A stretch of 64,000 nucleotides of DNA from an uncultured Nitrososphaerales archaeon (GTDB lineage: Archaea > Thermoproteota > Nitrososphaeria > Nitrososphaerales > Nitrososphaeraceae): positions 1 to 64,000 of the forward strand of contig CAVPXM010000030.1 of the NCBI GenBank assembly GCA_963709405.1, read 5' to 3'. Shown one piece after another: positions 48,008 through 59,827 of this stretch. The number at the start of each line of letters is the position of its first letter. Positions within the stretch are counted from its first letter, which is position 1. The position numbers were made by a program, and so were the translations under genes. The notes under the pieces were generated by a model. It searched no databases. It had not been told where the DNA came from and worked only from the letters and a program-made list of their open reading frames with translations.

Positions 48008-51000
48008 CTATTGATCATCAGTCCCACTTTTATTGATTTCAGTATTGTCTATCCTTGTTAGTTGATATACGCTCTTTTTTAAGTCAATTATGCTTCTCGT
48101 ATAAAATACCGCACTAAATATAATACCAGCAGCAACAGCTGGCCCGATAATATCAGCATAGCGGAAACCCAATTGAGGAATCCCATTGTTTTTATTAATT
48201 AAATTCCTATTATCAGTGCTAATGGATGAAGATACCTGACTTGAGCTTGAACTCGCTTGTAATGTACCTGTGACAGCATTTACTGTGCCAAGTGAATTAC
48301 CTCTTTGTTCTGCAAACCATATATTTCCATTAGAGTCTGCAGTTAACCATTGAGTGAAGGGGTTTTTTGCTGGAAGATCAATATCTTTATGTTCTCCGGT
48401 TGTAGTATCAATAATCGATATTTTATTTATGACATGTTCTGCAATCCACAGATTATGGTAACCATCTAGTGCCATTCCAAATGGCAGGCCTTTAGGATTT
48501 AGTCCTGCGTATCGTTTGAACGTCTTTAATACAGGATCAAAAACACTCACTGCATGACCGTCGTGTTCTGAGATATATATATTGCCAGTATCTGGATCGA
48601 TAAGCAAAGCCGTAGGACTCTTCAATGAGCCATTAGTATTAATATTTTCATTCGTTACCGGATATTCTGCTATCTTATATCCATTGTTAGTATCTATGCT
48701 TCCAATCTTTCCGGAACCACCTTCGGCAAACCAAATCAAACCCTCGTTATCAGCAGCGATGCCTAGCGGGCCGGCATTCGACGTCGGTAAGAGATACTTA
48801 GTAAAAATTTTTGATTGCGCATTGAACCTTAATATCTCATTATCAGCGGGTAATGTTATCCAGATATTGGTGTCTGTACTATTATTGCCGGTATTGGCGA
48901 CCGTAATACCAGATGGTGGCCCTTGACTTTGTATTCGATAGAGAGTATTTCTATTGGTATTAGGATCATAGTTTCCTAGATTCCTGTTCAATGGATCAAT
49001 GTACCAAATATCGTTATTATGATTTGAATTAAGAGCAATACCTGTAACAATACTTGTTGCATTAAGTTTATGAGAATAATATTTACCACTACTCAGATTG
49101 AATGCCAACAGTCTTCCACTACCTATGGCAGTATCGCCAACCCAGATTACATTTCTATTTCTGTCATAAACCGGATAAAGCGGTTGGCTCACTGTACCAT
49201 TAGTGTTCAAATCTGAGGGAATACGAAATTCTTTAACATTGAATTTCGTCTGATCAAGAGACGGTTTGACTAACAAGTCATAAGTACCCACAACATTTGG
49301 TTCATTTTTTTTATTCGGCGTGCCCTCAATCTGAATTTCCCATTTTCCAGGCAATCCAAAAGATGCACTAGCTGAAAATACACCTTTGGAAGAAGAGACT
49401 CGTTTGGTATCGACTTCAATCGGCCCGATACCCTTATCAGTTTGCGTAAATCTCATCTTCGCTGAACTAATGTCTACTGGATTCCATGTTGAATTCAAAA
49501 ACTTTATTTGGAAATTGTTACTGCCGGGTGCGAAAGGATCTACGGAAAGAGTAATGATATCTCCGTCTTCAGTAAAAGTAGTTGAAGTAAATGGTTTGTT
49601 GCTTGATTGTACAGGGATGAATTGACTATTCTCATACTGTTGCTTCTGTTGTTGTATGAGATTCTGAAACTCACTTGCCGGCAATCCACTATTGACCATT
49701 ACTGCTACAGCTAGAAGTAGTGCAATCCCGATTAAGGCTTCTATCTTTGTAGTCTTATCGAATTTTGATATCGCTGTCGGGGCCAGTGATGGAGAGCTGA
49801 AATTTTCGCCATTACTTCTCTTATTCTCGCTAACGTCTGGGTGAGTTAATTTCTCTTGTGAAGACGTGTCTGTGCCAAAGTATCGCCTAAATGTTCTTTT
49901 ATTCTTGCTGATTCTTTTTTTTCCTTCCAGAGTCGCTTTAATCGCGATAATTGTCGATTCCTTCAAGGCTTGAGGATAAATTCTAGCCTGATTATATCCT
50001 CCAATAGATATCATCACTGCCGCAAGGGATAGTTTAATAATCAAAACTTTTCCATAGAAAGAAGCTAAGGTCAATGCCAGATTGTTTTCCAATATATACA
50101 ACAAAAATGGTCCGGTAATTACAATCACCCCTAGTACCGTTACTGGTATCGTGGAAAACCTGGGAATTATTACTGATAAAATCGAAGCTTTTATACGTTC
50201 ATCTAGGTTTCCTCGTTTTATGCTAGGTACTACTACAAAAGCAAGATATATCAATCCACCAATCCAAAAAGAAGCCGCCAAATTGTGAATAAAATCTATA
50301 ATAATTGATGTAAACGCATTTCCTGATACAGCTGCACCGTGGCTAATTAGACTTGTGGTAAACAGCGTGAGAACACCAATTATCAAGAAGCTAGTGACCA
50401 CTTTCGTAGAAAGTCTAATTGAGGAATAGTTTGACTCGAGTTTCTTACTATTCTTTCCAAAGTTTTTTATGGTTGCAAATCTCAATATTCCTTGCCTATA
50501 ACAAAATAGCATGGACATACTAACTAATATAAACGAAAGAACCGTTCTAATGATCCAGACGCTTCCAAATTTGGTAGCTATAGCATCACCAATTGTTGCG
50601 TTTATGGAAGACGCTTGAACAGATATCATGGCAATATCTGAGAAAATCAGAATTAATGAGCCAACGAGCATCAAAACATAGAAATTGCGATCAATTCGAT
50701 ATTTCGTTACTGTGAAAGAAGTATTTAGCCAGTCAATCCTAGTTAAAGGCTTCCATATCCACAGAGCTAGGAACGCCCCACCTACTACGATCACCTGACC
50801 TACTAGGGTAGGAAATCTTGCAATCGCATCAGGAATCGAAAGCTGCGAAGACGGTGTAGCACTGGATCCAGATGCTCCCATAGTACTGGGAATCGTAGCC
50901 TTACCAACCCCAAAAACGAATGCATTATCAGTAACATGACCGTCCACCTCTGACAACATTTTTGTAGATACTGTGTAGATTCCATCACCAATACCTGCTG

Positions 51001-51400
51001 GCAAGGTTAGGCTCAGTGAAGTATGGTCGCCATTAACATAATGTAGGTCTTTTTTATCTACTTCCTTTCCATTTGAATCGACAACTGAAACCTTGCTATA
51101 ACGTACATCTACTGGTTCACTTAACGATACTTGAACCTTCGAGGGCGGTGTTTTTAATGTTTGTGATGGCGACGGATCGCTATTTATTACAAATGCGTGT
51201 CCATATGAATTCTGAAGCAAAAATGGTGTAAACATTAGAACAAAAATTGAAAAAGACATAGCCACGATTACGATCAAGACAAAAAGATTATTCCTATCTT
51301 TACCTGACTGGATATTGATTCCATCAGTCATACACAGTACACCTCCAATTATGTAGGGATCATTAGAATTTATAGTATTTGAGAATTTTATTCCTGACAT
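48008..51400 (-). CDS. Copper-handling fusion: CopC - CopD - YtkA-like - Vgb/NHL beta-propeller, C-terminal membrane anchor
   Basis: SYG/HAFVINSDP and VDGH (CopC); SHGAA, FIHNLAASFWIGG, RFS, KIE (CopD); GKWEIQI; repeated P.GIA.D..G.IWFAE blades; true start probably later than the tracked ATG. Confidence 0.9.
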   Translation of the reverse strand: MSGIKFSNTINSNDPYIIGGVLCMTDGINIQSGKDRNNLFVLIVIVAMSFSIFVLMFTPFLLQNSYGHAFVINSDPSPSQTLKTPPSKVQVSLSEPVDVRYSKVSVVDSNGKEVDKKDLHYVNGDHTSLSLTLPAGIGDGIYTVSTKMLSEVDGHVTDNAFVFGVGKATIPSTMGASGSSATPSSQLSIPDAIARFPTLVGQVIVVGGAFLALWIWKPLTRIDWLNTSFTVTKYRIDRNFYVLMLVGSLILIFSDIAMISVQASSINATIGDAIATKFGSVWIIRTVLSFILVSMSMLFCYRQGILRFATIKNFGKNSKKLESNYSSIRLSTKVVTSFLIIGVLTLFTTSLISHGAAVSGNAFTSIIIDFIHNLAASFWIGGLIYLAFVVVPSIKRGNLDERIKASILSVIIPRFSTIPVTVLGVIVITGPFLLYILENNLALTLASFYGKVLIIKLSLAAVMISIGGYNQARIYPQALKESTIIAIKATLEGKKRISKNKRTFRRYFGTDTSSQEKLTHPDVSENKRSNGENFSSPSLAPTAISKFDKTTKIEALIGIALLLAVAVMVNSGLPASEFQNLIQQQKQQYENSQFIPVQSSNKPFTSTTFTEDGDIITLSVDPFAPGSNNFQIKFLNSTWNPVDISSAKMRFTQTDKGIGPIEVDTKRVSSSKGVFSASASFGLPGKWEIQIEGTPNKKNEPNVVGTYDLLVKPSLDQTKFNVKEFRIPSDLNTNGTVSQPLYPVYDRNRNVIWVGDTAIGSGRLLAFNLSSGKYYSHKLNATSIVTGIALNSNHNNDIWYIDPLNRNLGNYDPNTNRNTLYRIQSQGPPSGITVANTGNNSTDTNIWITLPADNEILRFNAQSKIFTKYLLPTSNAGPLGIAADNEGLIWFAEGGSGKIGSIDTNNGYKIAEYPVTNENINTNGSLKSPTALLIDPDTGNIYISEHDGHAVSVFDPVLKTFKRYAGLNPKGLPFGMALDGYHNLWIAEHVINKISIIDTTTGEHKDIDLPAKNPFTQWLTADSNGNIWFAEQRGNSLGTVNAVTGTLQASSSSSQVSSSISTDNRNLINKNNGIPQLGFRYADIIGPAVAAGIIFSAVFYTRSIIDLKKSVYQLTRIDNTEINKSGTDDQ

Positions 51401-51407
51401 TCGACGA

Positions 51408-52244
51408 ATGAACCAACAAATTTATAGGAATATGACTCCGTTAGTAGTGGAGGTCATAACCATCAATTTTTGTGACACAGCGAACAAATATGCCAACTCC
51501 TTCTCTTTGTTTGCAGCCCTTATCAGTATTCTAATAGTCTCTGCGTTCAGTGGGCATTACCTTTTTAACTTATCAGGCGCACCTGCTTATGCACACATAA
51601 CGAAGCAGATTGGAAATATCAAAGTCGAAGTTGGCTGGTCTGATGAACCACCATTAACTGGACAAGTTAACAACATTATAGTCGCTGTCAACAAAACATC
51701 AGCTGGTGGACGGGAATCAGCGATAATAAATGCATTGGCTGATCTTGACATAAAGGAAAGATACGGCAGTATTACAAAATCGGTAGATTTTATACCATCC
51801 GAACAGGCCGAAGGTGTATACGAATCAAAAATAATACCTACTAGGGTTGGCTCCTACAGTCTTGTTATGAATGGTACCATTCAAGGAGAGAAGTTGTCAA
51901 ATGTAGAAATACCGTTAGATCTTGTAGAGGGCACACAAAAAATCTCATTCCCCAACACTTCAGGTTCTAATACTGTAACTTCAGGTGTGCAAGCAGCAAG
52001 TAACAATATCGGGCCTAAATTACAGACAATCATTAGTGGTATCTCAAATGATGTCGGCTCATCTAAATCCGATATCCAATTATTGGCTAAGAATATGGCT
52101 AATATTCAGAAATCGGCTTTAGATATGAAAAACTCTGTCGATCGGTTATACATGATCGCAATGCTAGGTATCGGCGCAGGAATTGCAGGCATTATAATAG
52201 CAGCTGCGTCCCTCTCACGTAAGCAAGTCTTTGGTCTTCACTAG
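51408..52244 (+). CDS. Membrane-anchored exported protein with predicted mature N-terminal His
   Basis: Hydrophobic signal, APAYA/HITKQ, VGWSDEPP, IPTRVGSY, coiled stalk, C-terminal TM helix. Confidence 0.8.
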   Translation: MNQQIYRNMTPLVVEVITINFCDTANKYANSFSLFAALISILIVSAFSGHYLFNLSGAPAYAHITKQIGNIKVEVGWSDEPPLTGQVNNIIVAVNKTSAGGRESAIINALADLDIKERYGSITKSVDFIPSEQAEGVYESKIIPTRVGSYSLVMNGTIQGEKLSNVEIPLDLVEGTQKISFPNTSGSNTVTSGVQAASNNIGPKLQTIISGISNDVGSSKSDIQLLAKNMANIQKSALDMKNSVDRLYMIAMLGIGAGIAGIIIAAASLSRKQVFGLH

Positions 52245-52395
52245 ACTCGGATCTTGTAGTTTGGAAGACTAAACTGCATCTTTTCAATACTTGACAGCAT
52301 AAACCTGCGATTTCGTAAGAGTAGTTGACCTAGTTAGATTCCGAAATTTAATGTTGCAAAAGTTAATATGTCGCTAGAGATATTACTAGTGATAT

Positions 52396-52935
52396 ATGAA
52401 AGAACTTGTCTCGAAATGGTTAGGCAAGGTGGGGAGTTCCATCCCAAGGGGATTTTCGCGATATTATATTTTGAATTTATTGAAAGAGCAACCCATGTCC
52501 GGAAAAGAAATCATTAACAGGGCCAGTTTACAAAGTAGTGGTAAATGGAAGCCTTCGCCTGGCTTGATCTATCCGATACTGGGAAGACTACTTCAGGAAG
52601 GACTAATAAAAGAAGAAGGCGATGGTAGATACAAGATTACATCCAAGGGAGTAGAGATGGCTGCAGACATCGAGTCAATAGGAAATATTGTAAAGAAACA
52701 GCTGGATGTGATGCTTAAAGTAGGTGATACTGGCAAGTTTATGGCGCAGGACTTGATCGATAGAGCTTATACTATCGGATCGGCAATAAGTTCCAATTTG
52801 GACAAGATGACTACAGAAGAGCGAATCAGGTACAAACAGGTCCTGGCAGATGAATTGCATAAGGTAGAGGCAGGGACTACCGAAGTTGATGAAACTAATC
52901 AGGGGCTAAATGGAAAATCAATAGATGTAGAATAG
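52396..52935 (+). CDS. PadR-family transcriptional regulator
   Basis: PRGFSRYYIL..PMSGKEI..WKPSPGLIYPIL..YKIT.KG. Confidence 0.9.
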   Translation: MKELVSKWLGKVGSSIPRGFSRYYILNLLKEQPMSGKEIINRASLQSSGKWKPSPGLIYPILGRLLQEGLIKEEGDGRYKITSKGVEMAADIESIGNIVKKQLDVMLKVGDTGKFMAQDLIDRAYTIGSAISSNLDKMTTEERIRYKQVLADELHKVEAGTTEVDETNQGLNGKSIDVE

Positions 52936-53632
52936 ATGGCTTGAAATTGTTTCAAGCGACTTGAAAGGCATTCCATATGATTCTGCGGACTCAGTAGTTA
53001 TGTTTCCCTCGTCCGGCTCACTATTTTAGCTAATATATTAGGCATAACTATCGACTATCACCGTTAACCTTTGATTCGGGACAATTAGTGGGGTAATTTG
53101 AAATAATATGAGCTTGTCTGCTCATAGCATAAATATATACTTCAATTGTGTTTTATCATAGATCCACGATTCACAAACGATTCGTATCTCCGTACCACTC
53201 TATTTTATTAATTAACTAATTTACCAATCCAATTCTAGATATTACGCGAGTGTTTTGTAATATGCTTATTTTCTTCTATTACCATGAATACCCATTGATG
53301 CCTGTACTTTAATTCGCTAAGAACTTTTGAATGTGCTACGTGAAAACTCAGTTTAATTATCATTATATATCTACTTTTCACTATATCCAATGTTATTACA
53401 TTTCTACAGAAATGTCGATTATATTAGGATGCCAAAATGTCAAATAGGTCAGTTAATCCTCAGTTTACTAATCGACATTGGTGTTCATACACGCACGATT
53501 AACCATAATTCTAAATGGCAAAATAGAAATTAACAAATATTGCTTATAGAATGCTTATTCTCAGAGATGCAGAGAGCATTGGTTTCTAATCATCTATGTG
53601 TATTATCAGAGTTTCGTGTAAAAATCGCCTAA

Positions 53633-54649
53633 TCACAGCATATAAAACATCTTCTTGATATCTGCAAACCTCTTTCTGAGGGTTACCATGCTGGTGCCAG
53701 CAGCTATAGCCATTTGTTCTTGCGTTATTCTTTCACCCTCTCTTATACATGCAGCATATAGTACAGCAACAGCTAATGCATTTGGATGCTTTCCTATAGC
53801 CATATGATCTTCATTTACTCTAGCTAACATCTCTAGCGCCCTCCTGTATGTCCTCTCACTCACTTCGGCTTTGCTAGCTATCTTTGACAGGTAGCTACTT
53901 GTGAGTACCACCGGAAGGGATTGAAGTTTGAGATGTCTTACGAGTAAACGATAACACTTGCTCACAAATGTTAGATCGCTATTTATGACTGTGGAAATTT
54001 CATCAAGCGTTCTTGGAACACTTAGTTCTCTGCATGCAACATAGACAGAAGCAACGACCATTCCCTCGATTGATCTGCCTTTAATCAGATTCTTGTCGAG
54101 GGCTTTACGGTAATAATATGCAGCCTTTTCTGTTACTGGATCTGTTAAAGAAAGTTTGTCTTTAATTCGTGACATAATTTCGAAAGCATTATTTAGATTC
54201 CTCGCTGACTTATTATTATTATAGGTAGAAATCCTATTCCAACGACGCATTGCTCTTACTTTGTTAATTTGCTCTTGACTAAGCGCAGTCCCGTTCGCGT
54301 CCACGTTCGAATAGGATATGAATGTTGATAAACCCATATCATGAATAGCAAGTGAAGTAGGCATTCCAGTTCTCTCTTTCAGTTTAATATCTTCAAATTT
54401 ATGGATTCTCCATTCTGCTTCTAAAGATTGCATATTATCATATATTACCATACCACAATTGCTACAAACAACCTCGCCAGTCTCGGCGTCAAATATAGTA
54501 AGGCTACTACTGCAAAGGGAACAAATAGTGCTCAAATCAGAAGAGATATTGCCATGGACTAAAATATCTTCATCATTTAGATTAAGTTGTTTTGCAGATC
54601 CCTGGAAACCATCTGAACTTCCTTCACATAAAGATGATCTGTTATACAT
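53633..54649 (-). CDS. tfb: Transcription initiation factor B paralogue
   Basis: Zn ribbon CSLC..GEVVCSNCG, HDMGLST, two cyclin repeats (KGRSIEG.V.ASVY.ACR, GKHP..LA.AVLY). Confidence 0.93.
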   Translation of the reverse strand: MYNRSSLCEGSSDGFQGSAKQLNLNDEDILVHGNISSDLSTICSLCSSSLTIFDAETGEVVCSNCGMVIYDNMQSLEAEWRIHKFEDIKLKERTGMPTSLAIHDMGLSTFISYSNVDANGTALSQEQINKVRAMRRWNRISTYNNNKSARNLNNAFEIMSRIKDKLSLTDPVTEKAAYYYRKALDKNLIKGRSIEGMVVASVYVACRELSVPRTLDEISTVINSDLTFVSKCYRLLVRHLKLQSLPVVLTSSYLSKIASKAEVSERTYRRALEMLARVNEDHMAIGKHPNALAVAVLYAACIREGERITQEQMAIAAGTSMVTLRKRFADIKKMFYML

Positions 54650-55468
54650 GAATCTATATGCCTATCACTATAATGAAAATGTTTGCCTTGATTTTTTCAT
54701 GCCACAGATCTAATTTCCATCCTAAAGGAAAATATTTCATGTCATCGATACTTTAGTTTGTATGCATATCATTATAGGGATTACAATAGTAAAATATGGT
54801 CGTGCAATAACAAAAGGTCTATTTGTGAGATGTTTCAAATGATCGATTTGGTCAAGCCTGATCGTATGCCAATTTGATTAAGTCTAAACTAAGCATATCT
54901 TGAATGAGATACTTCAACAAACGCGATTTTAATCTTGATTATCGAATTACATTCTTATAGTATTCTAGATTATCTGCTATTAAACGATGATAATAATGAT
55001 GGAGATTTAATGCTGTTTTACTGAACGAATGCTAAGGCTGGAATGGAGGGATTGGTATGGTTGGCGAGTATTGCTATCGCCCAATAGTTTCAAGACCAAG
55101 TAACAGTATTACCAGAAATTTCTGATGAAGTTTAGTATTTCGGCCGGACCTGTCCCTAGTATTCAATTGCCTCGATAGGATGAGTACTACGATATTGCAT
55201 ACAAATGACTATGTCGTCTACTGACCTTCGATGCTCTTATCGTTAATAAATCTTGTCTAATCCATAGTCGATTTACCTTTTGGAGGATTTCCTTACTAAG
55301 AAAAATCAATTATGTACAATCCTTTATCACTCGAATCCTAAAGTCTAGAATTAATTAGAATATAGATTACATTCGTTACTACCCCTTGTGCATGACACGT
55401 TACGGCTATGAATAATGATTTTTCTAATACCCTAAAATACTAATACTAACACGAGAAATTAAATTCAT

Positions 55469-56891
55469 ATGAATCTAGAGCAAAAGTTTTGCCAATTTAC
55501 CATTAAAGATTTATCAAAAAAAATAGAATCTTTAGAAATATTGCCAACAGAACTAATAGAATGTTATCTTACTAGAATTAAAAAATTAGATCGATTATTC
55601 AATACATTCATCACAGTATCTAACGAAAATGAAATTTATGAAGATGCCAAAAATGCGGAGAGGGAAATTAAACAGGGATACTATAGAGGGCCTCTTCACG
55701 GCATTCCTTTTTCTGTTAAAGATAATATCTTCACAAAAAATCTTAGATGCACTGCAGGCTCTAGGATACTATCCACCCACATACCGGAATACGATGCTAC
55801 TGTAGTCAAGAGGATGAAGAAATCAGGCGCAATTCTAATTGGCAAAAACAACTTAAATGAATTCGCATCTGGAATCACTGGTGTGAATCCATTTTATGGC
55901 AACACCAGAAACCCTTGGGATATATTGAGGATATCTGGTGGCTCGAGCGGAGGCTCAGCCTCAGCCGTATCAAGCGGAATGATTCCCATCTCATTAGGAA
56001 CAGACACTGGTGGTTCTATAAGAGTCCCATCTTCTTTGTGTGGGGTGGTTGGTTTAAAGCCTACATATGGTCTTGTGAGTAGACACGGTGTGATACCTCT
56101 TTCACCATCACTAGATCACGTTGGATTTATTTCTAAAAGTGCTTGGGATGTAGGCAGCGGCATTGGAATGCACTGCAGGGTGGGATCCTCTAGATCCGAC
56201 GACTTCCAAACATAAGAAAGAAGGTTACACGAAGATTATCGAAAAATCAACAGTCGAACAGATATCAGTTGGAATTCCAAGTAGCTATTTCATGAGCTAC
56301 TTTGATTTAGATGTCGAAAAATGCTTTTATGATTTTCTGGATTGATTGAGACCTATAGTGTCAAAAATATATGATATAAAATTGTCAAACACTGAAAGAT
56401 ATTTCGAAACTTGGAAAAAGATTAGGCTTGCAGAGGCATCAGAAATACATTTGCTTAGGTGGAATACACGATTGCAAGACTACAGTAGAGAGGTTAGAAA
56501 GATGCTAATTCAGGGTACAAGAGTAATGGCCTATGATTATCTAAATTCAAAAAAAATAATAGAAGAAATAAGAAAAGAATTTATGCGAACATTATCTTCG
56601 GAATGTTCTACCATTATCATAGTCCCTACCACTATAATTACTGCTCCATTATACTCTGAATTGATAACAATAAATGTCAATAACAAACTCTTCCAAACCA
56701 GAGAAGCTTTACTTAGAAACACAATTGTATTTAATAGTATAGGTTTGCCAGTCATTAGCATCCCTATTGGACTAACAAGTAAGAATTTACCTGTGGGGGC
56801 TCAAATGGTAGGCGCACAATTCAAAGAGGACAGTATCCTATCACTTGCTTATTCTTACGAAAAAGAGAATAATGATAAGTTGATGTTGTAG
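55469..56891 (+). CDS. Amidase-signature enzyme (GatA/AtzE-like), frameshifted into three pieces
   Basis: GPLHGIPFSVKDN, GGSSGGSA, GTDTGGSIRVP, GLKPTYG; C-terminal GLPVISIP..LPVGAQ. Confidence 0.88.
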
Positions 56892-56941
56892 CGATAGAAG
56901 AGCAGCGTAAACGTGTAGCTGAATTATTAAGACGTGGAGAT

Positions 56942-57094
56942 ATGACAGAGACTCAAATTGCTGCCCTTCTAGGCTATGACTTGAGTACGATTTCAAAAGA
57001 TATCAAGTTCCTGAAAACTCAGGCCCAAAAATATATTTTTGATCTTGCACGTTTAGATTTAGCTTATTTCTATGTTTCAACAATTCAAGATTTA
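56942..57094 (+). pseudogene. HTH protein remnant interrupted by IS5
   Basis: MTETQIAALLGYDLSTISKDIK HTH; reading frame runs into the IS left end at 57095. Confidence 0.6.
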
Positions 57095-57988
57095 GAACCC
57101 ATCCCAAAAATAGAGACATATAGCTTGAGAGCGTTTTGTTCATAGGTGTGGCTTACAGTAGAGTCAAATGCCTTCCAACTGTCAAAAGAATCCCAGATGA
57201 GTTATGGGATGAGATAAGGTTTATACTTCCATCAGAAAAACCAGCGAATACCATAGGACGTCCGGCAGTATCATTTAGGAAGGTACTGGATTGCATTCTA
57301 TATGTCTTAAGAACTGGATGTCAATGGAAGATGTTGCCAAAGGAGTATGGGTCTGGTTCGACATGTCATAGACGATTCCAACAATGGTCCATATCTAAGA
57401 TATTTCAAAGATTGTGGACTAGACTGCTAAAAGTGTATGATGGTATAGTAGGCATTAGTTGGAGATGGCAATCACTTGATAGTATATCTGTAAAGGCACC
57501 TTTAGGGGGGAGATGACTGGGCCTAATCCTACAGCCAGAGGAAAGTTAGGAACAAAACGTCATGTATTAACTGATAGACAAGGTATTCCATTATCTGTTA
57601 TTATAACTGCGGCTAATACGCATGATATGAAGGCTGCTTTAAACACACTGGATAATATCGTAGTTCAAAGACCGTCTTCTAAGAAGTATAAAGAGAAACA
57701 GAACCTTTGTCTTGATAAGGGATATGACTTTCGGGAGATTGAAAACGAAGTTATCAAGAAAGGATACCTGACCAAATATTCGACATAGAGGAGAACAATC
57801 AGTAATAAAGGGTAGTAATCATCATCGTCATGCTAAAAGAAGATGGGTTGTAGAAAGAACCAACTCCTGGCATAACAAGTTCAGGAAATTTTTGGTTAGA
57901 TACGAAAAGAAGCTAGAAAGCTATTTTGCGTTAGTATGTTTAGGCTGTTGTATTGTTATCTACAGGAGGATAATTTTTGGATAGGCTC
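57095..57988 (+). mobile_element. IS5-family element (IS427/IS1031-like), 894 bp
   Basis: TTA on both flanks (57092-57094, 57989-57991); imperfect inverted termini GAACCCATCCCAAAAAT / ATTTTTGGATAGGCTC; LRTGCQW..LP, DS..VKAPLGG junction on a G6 run, DKGYD, RWVVERT. Confidence 0.93.
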
Positions 57989-58286
57989 TTAATCCATAAC
58001 CATTCCGATAATCCGTGACGCTTAATAGTCTGTTCACTTAGGGTATCAATTAACAAAATAAAGAATGTACGTTAACTCATTTCGTTACGATCTAAGATCA
58101 CATGGTAGTTCATTAAAAAATCAATAAATGATATCAAAAATCCGGTTTTCTAACTCTATTAATGATCTAGAAAACTTGCCAAAATTATGGGATCGATTAA
58201 TGCATGCCCTACTGACTATGAATTTAATTTGTGTATCTCTTCAGTACCGAAGGTTACTGTATTTGAAACAAATATAATTGGATATA

Positions 58287-58820
58287 CTAAATAAGAAAAT
58301 ACGAACTAATTGTTACTACTATTAGTGCAACGTTCGTGGCAAAATGTAACATGTATGCGTGATTAATACTATATTTATCATAGATGTATTTGTAAAAGAA
58401 TCCGAGCGGTAGCAATATGAGTACTACGCTAAGTGATACTCCCATGAGTATATGCAAAAACCCCCATATCACTACACGCTTCGAGTTCGTTCTGAAATAA
58501 TACTCTTCAAAGTAATTTACATGAATCAACATGTATAAAAGTAGCGGTAGGAATGGAATTACGCCAATAACGCCATGTTGCGCCAAGGGACCTACAGCTA
58601 TATTGTAGCCAAGCCACGAGAGACTTAGTATCGGGATACGGGATATGAAAGGCATCACGAAGAATACGTAGCTTAATAATACTGACACAGTTATAGGTAG
58701 TAACACAAGTATTCTAATTCCAGAACGCAAATTCGAAATTCTCATTCTTGTTTCCTTGACGACTAACAATGAAGGTATCACAAGAGCTACGTAAATTATT
58801 ATTATGTAAATGTCTTGCAA
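58287..58820 (-). CDS. CPBP/CAAX-protease-like membrane protein
   Basis: Multi-TM with EEYYFR, WGFLH and HFATN motifs. Confidence 0.7.
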   Translation of the reverse strand: MQDIYIIIIYVALVIPSLLVVKETRMRISNLRSGIRILVLLPITVSVLLSYVFFVMPFISRIPILSLSWLGYNIAVGPLAQHGVIGVIPFLPLLLYMLIHVNYFEEYYFRTNSKRVVIWGFLHILMGVSLSVVLILLPLGFFYKYIYDKYSINHAYMLHFATNVALIVVTISSYFLI

Positions 58821-59090
58821 TTAATAGCCTTGATCATTGTCCCTAGTTGACCATATTAATTTAAGCCAATATATAGCGAAATTATCTAATTTATGAGCAA
58901 GCTTTTTGTAGATGTGAAGTATTCACCTGCTTGGCCAACATCGAGACTTGTTTTTAAGTCTAACGACTGGTATGTGCAACAAGATTTGTGAGCTAGATAG
59001 TATGTCAATCCCATAAAATGAAAAAGATCGTTCGAACATAAGGCGTAACTAGGAATGAATCGATTATTCGTTTCCTGTGGTTATTGCAAC

Positions 59091-59504
59091 CTAAAAAATA
59101 TAATGCATTCGTTGATGTATCATCATTTGTTCATGACTTTGAAATGGCGTTCCACAATGAGCACACATAAATATACCAATCTCTTCAATATCCCCAGATT
59201 TTAAGATTGCAATTTCGCTCTCGTCCATCGTATTTTCTACAACAATATACTCCTCTATGCGACTCTTTGAGAGGATGCCGACTAAAATCTTGATTATTTT
59301 TTCTCTATCCTCCTGAGGTAACATTAAACAAACAAGATCGTCATTCTTATCATAATGGTTATCCCTGGGGAGCGAAGCAAATTCTTGATTGTTCAAGATA
59401 ATGGACCTTAGGGTAACAGGAAGATGTGATATATCGATCTTGATAACCACGTCTCTCCATCCTCCTGATAACTGATTTAAACTTATCATATATAGAATCC
59501 TCAT
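59091..59504 (-). CDS. Protein with C-terminal C2H2 zinc finger
   Basis: CAHCGTPFQSHEQMMIHQRMH. Confidence 0.8.
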   Translation of the reverse strand: MRILYMISLNQLSGGWRDVVIKIDISHLPVTLRSIILNNQEFASLPRDNHYDKNDDLVCLMLPQEDREKIIKILVGILSKSRIEEYIVVENTMDESEIAILKSGDIEEIGIFMCAHCGTPFQSHEQMMIHQRMHYIF

Positions 59505-59827
59505 AACAACAACTGTGTCTAAGACAACTATGACGTATTATTAGCAGGATAAATTGTTAAATCCCTCTGTCCCAGAATTATACATGCAATTCGTTCAAAT
59601 CAGATTCACAGTGAAAAGGAAAAGACGGTCCGGACGTGATTTTATTTAACTAACCAGGTACTCTTTCATATGAAATAACACTAAAAGATCGCTTGGGCTC
59701 ATTCTACGCAACAAGTCAAGGTATAGGTGTGTTGCAAACCAAATCAATATAACATTATTCCTTCAAAGCAAGGGCTAAGTATGGTTTTAAATGGCATTTA
59801 TACCCAATTAATGGCATAGTTTATATT

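Noticed and set aside
57495-57520. Frameshift between the IS5 ORFs as a sign of decay
   Set aside because: A two-ORF arrangement joined by a -1 shift at this position is common in IS427-like IS5 elements; only the later shift near 57775 looks like damage or error.
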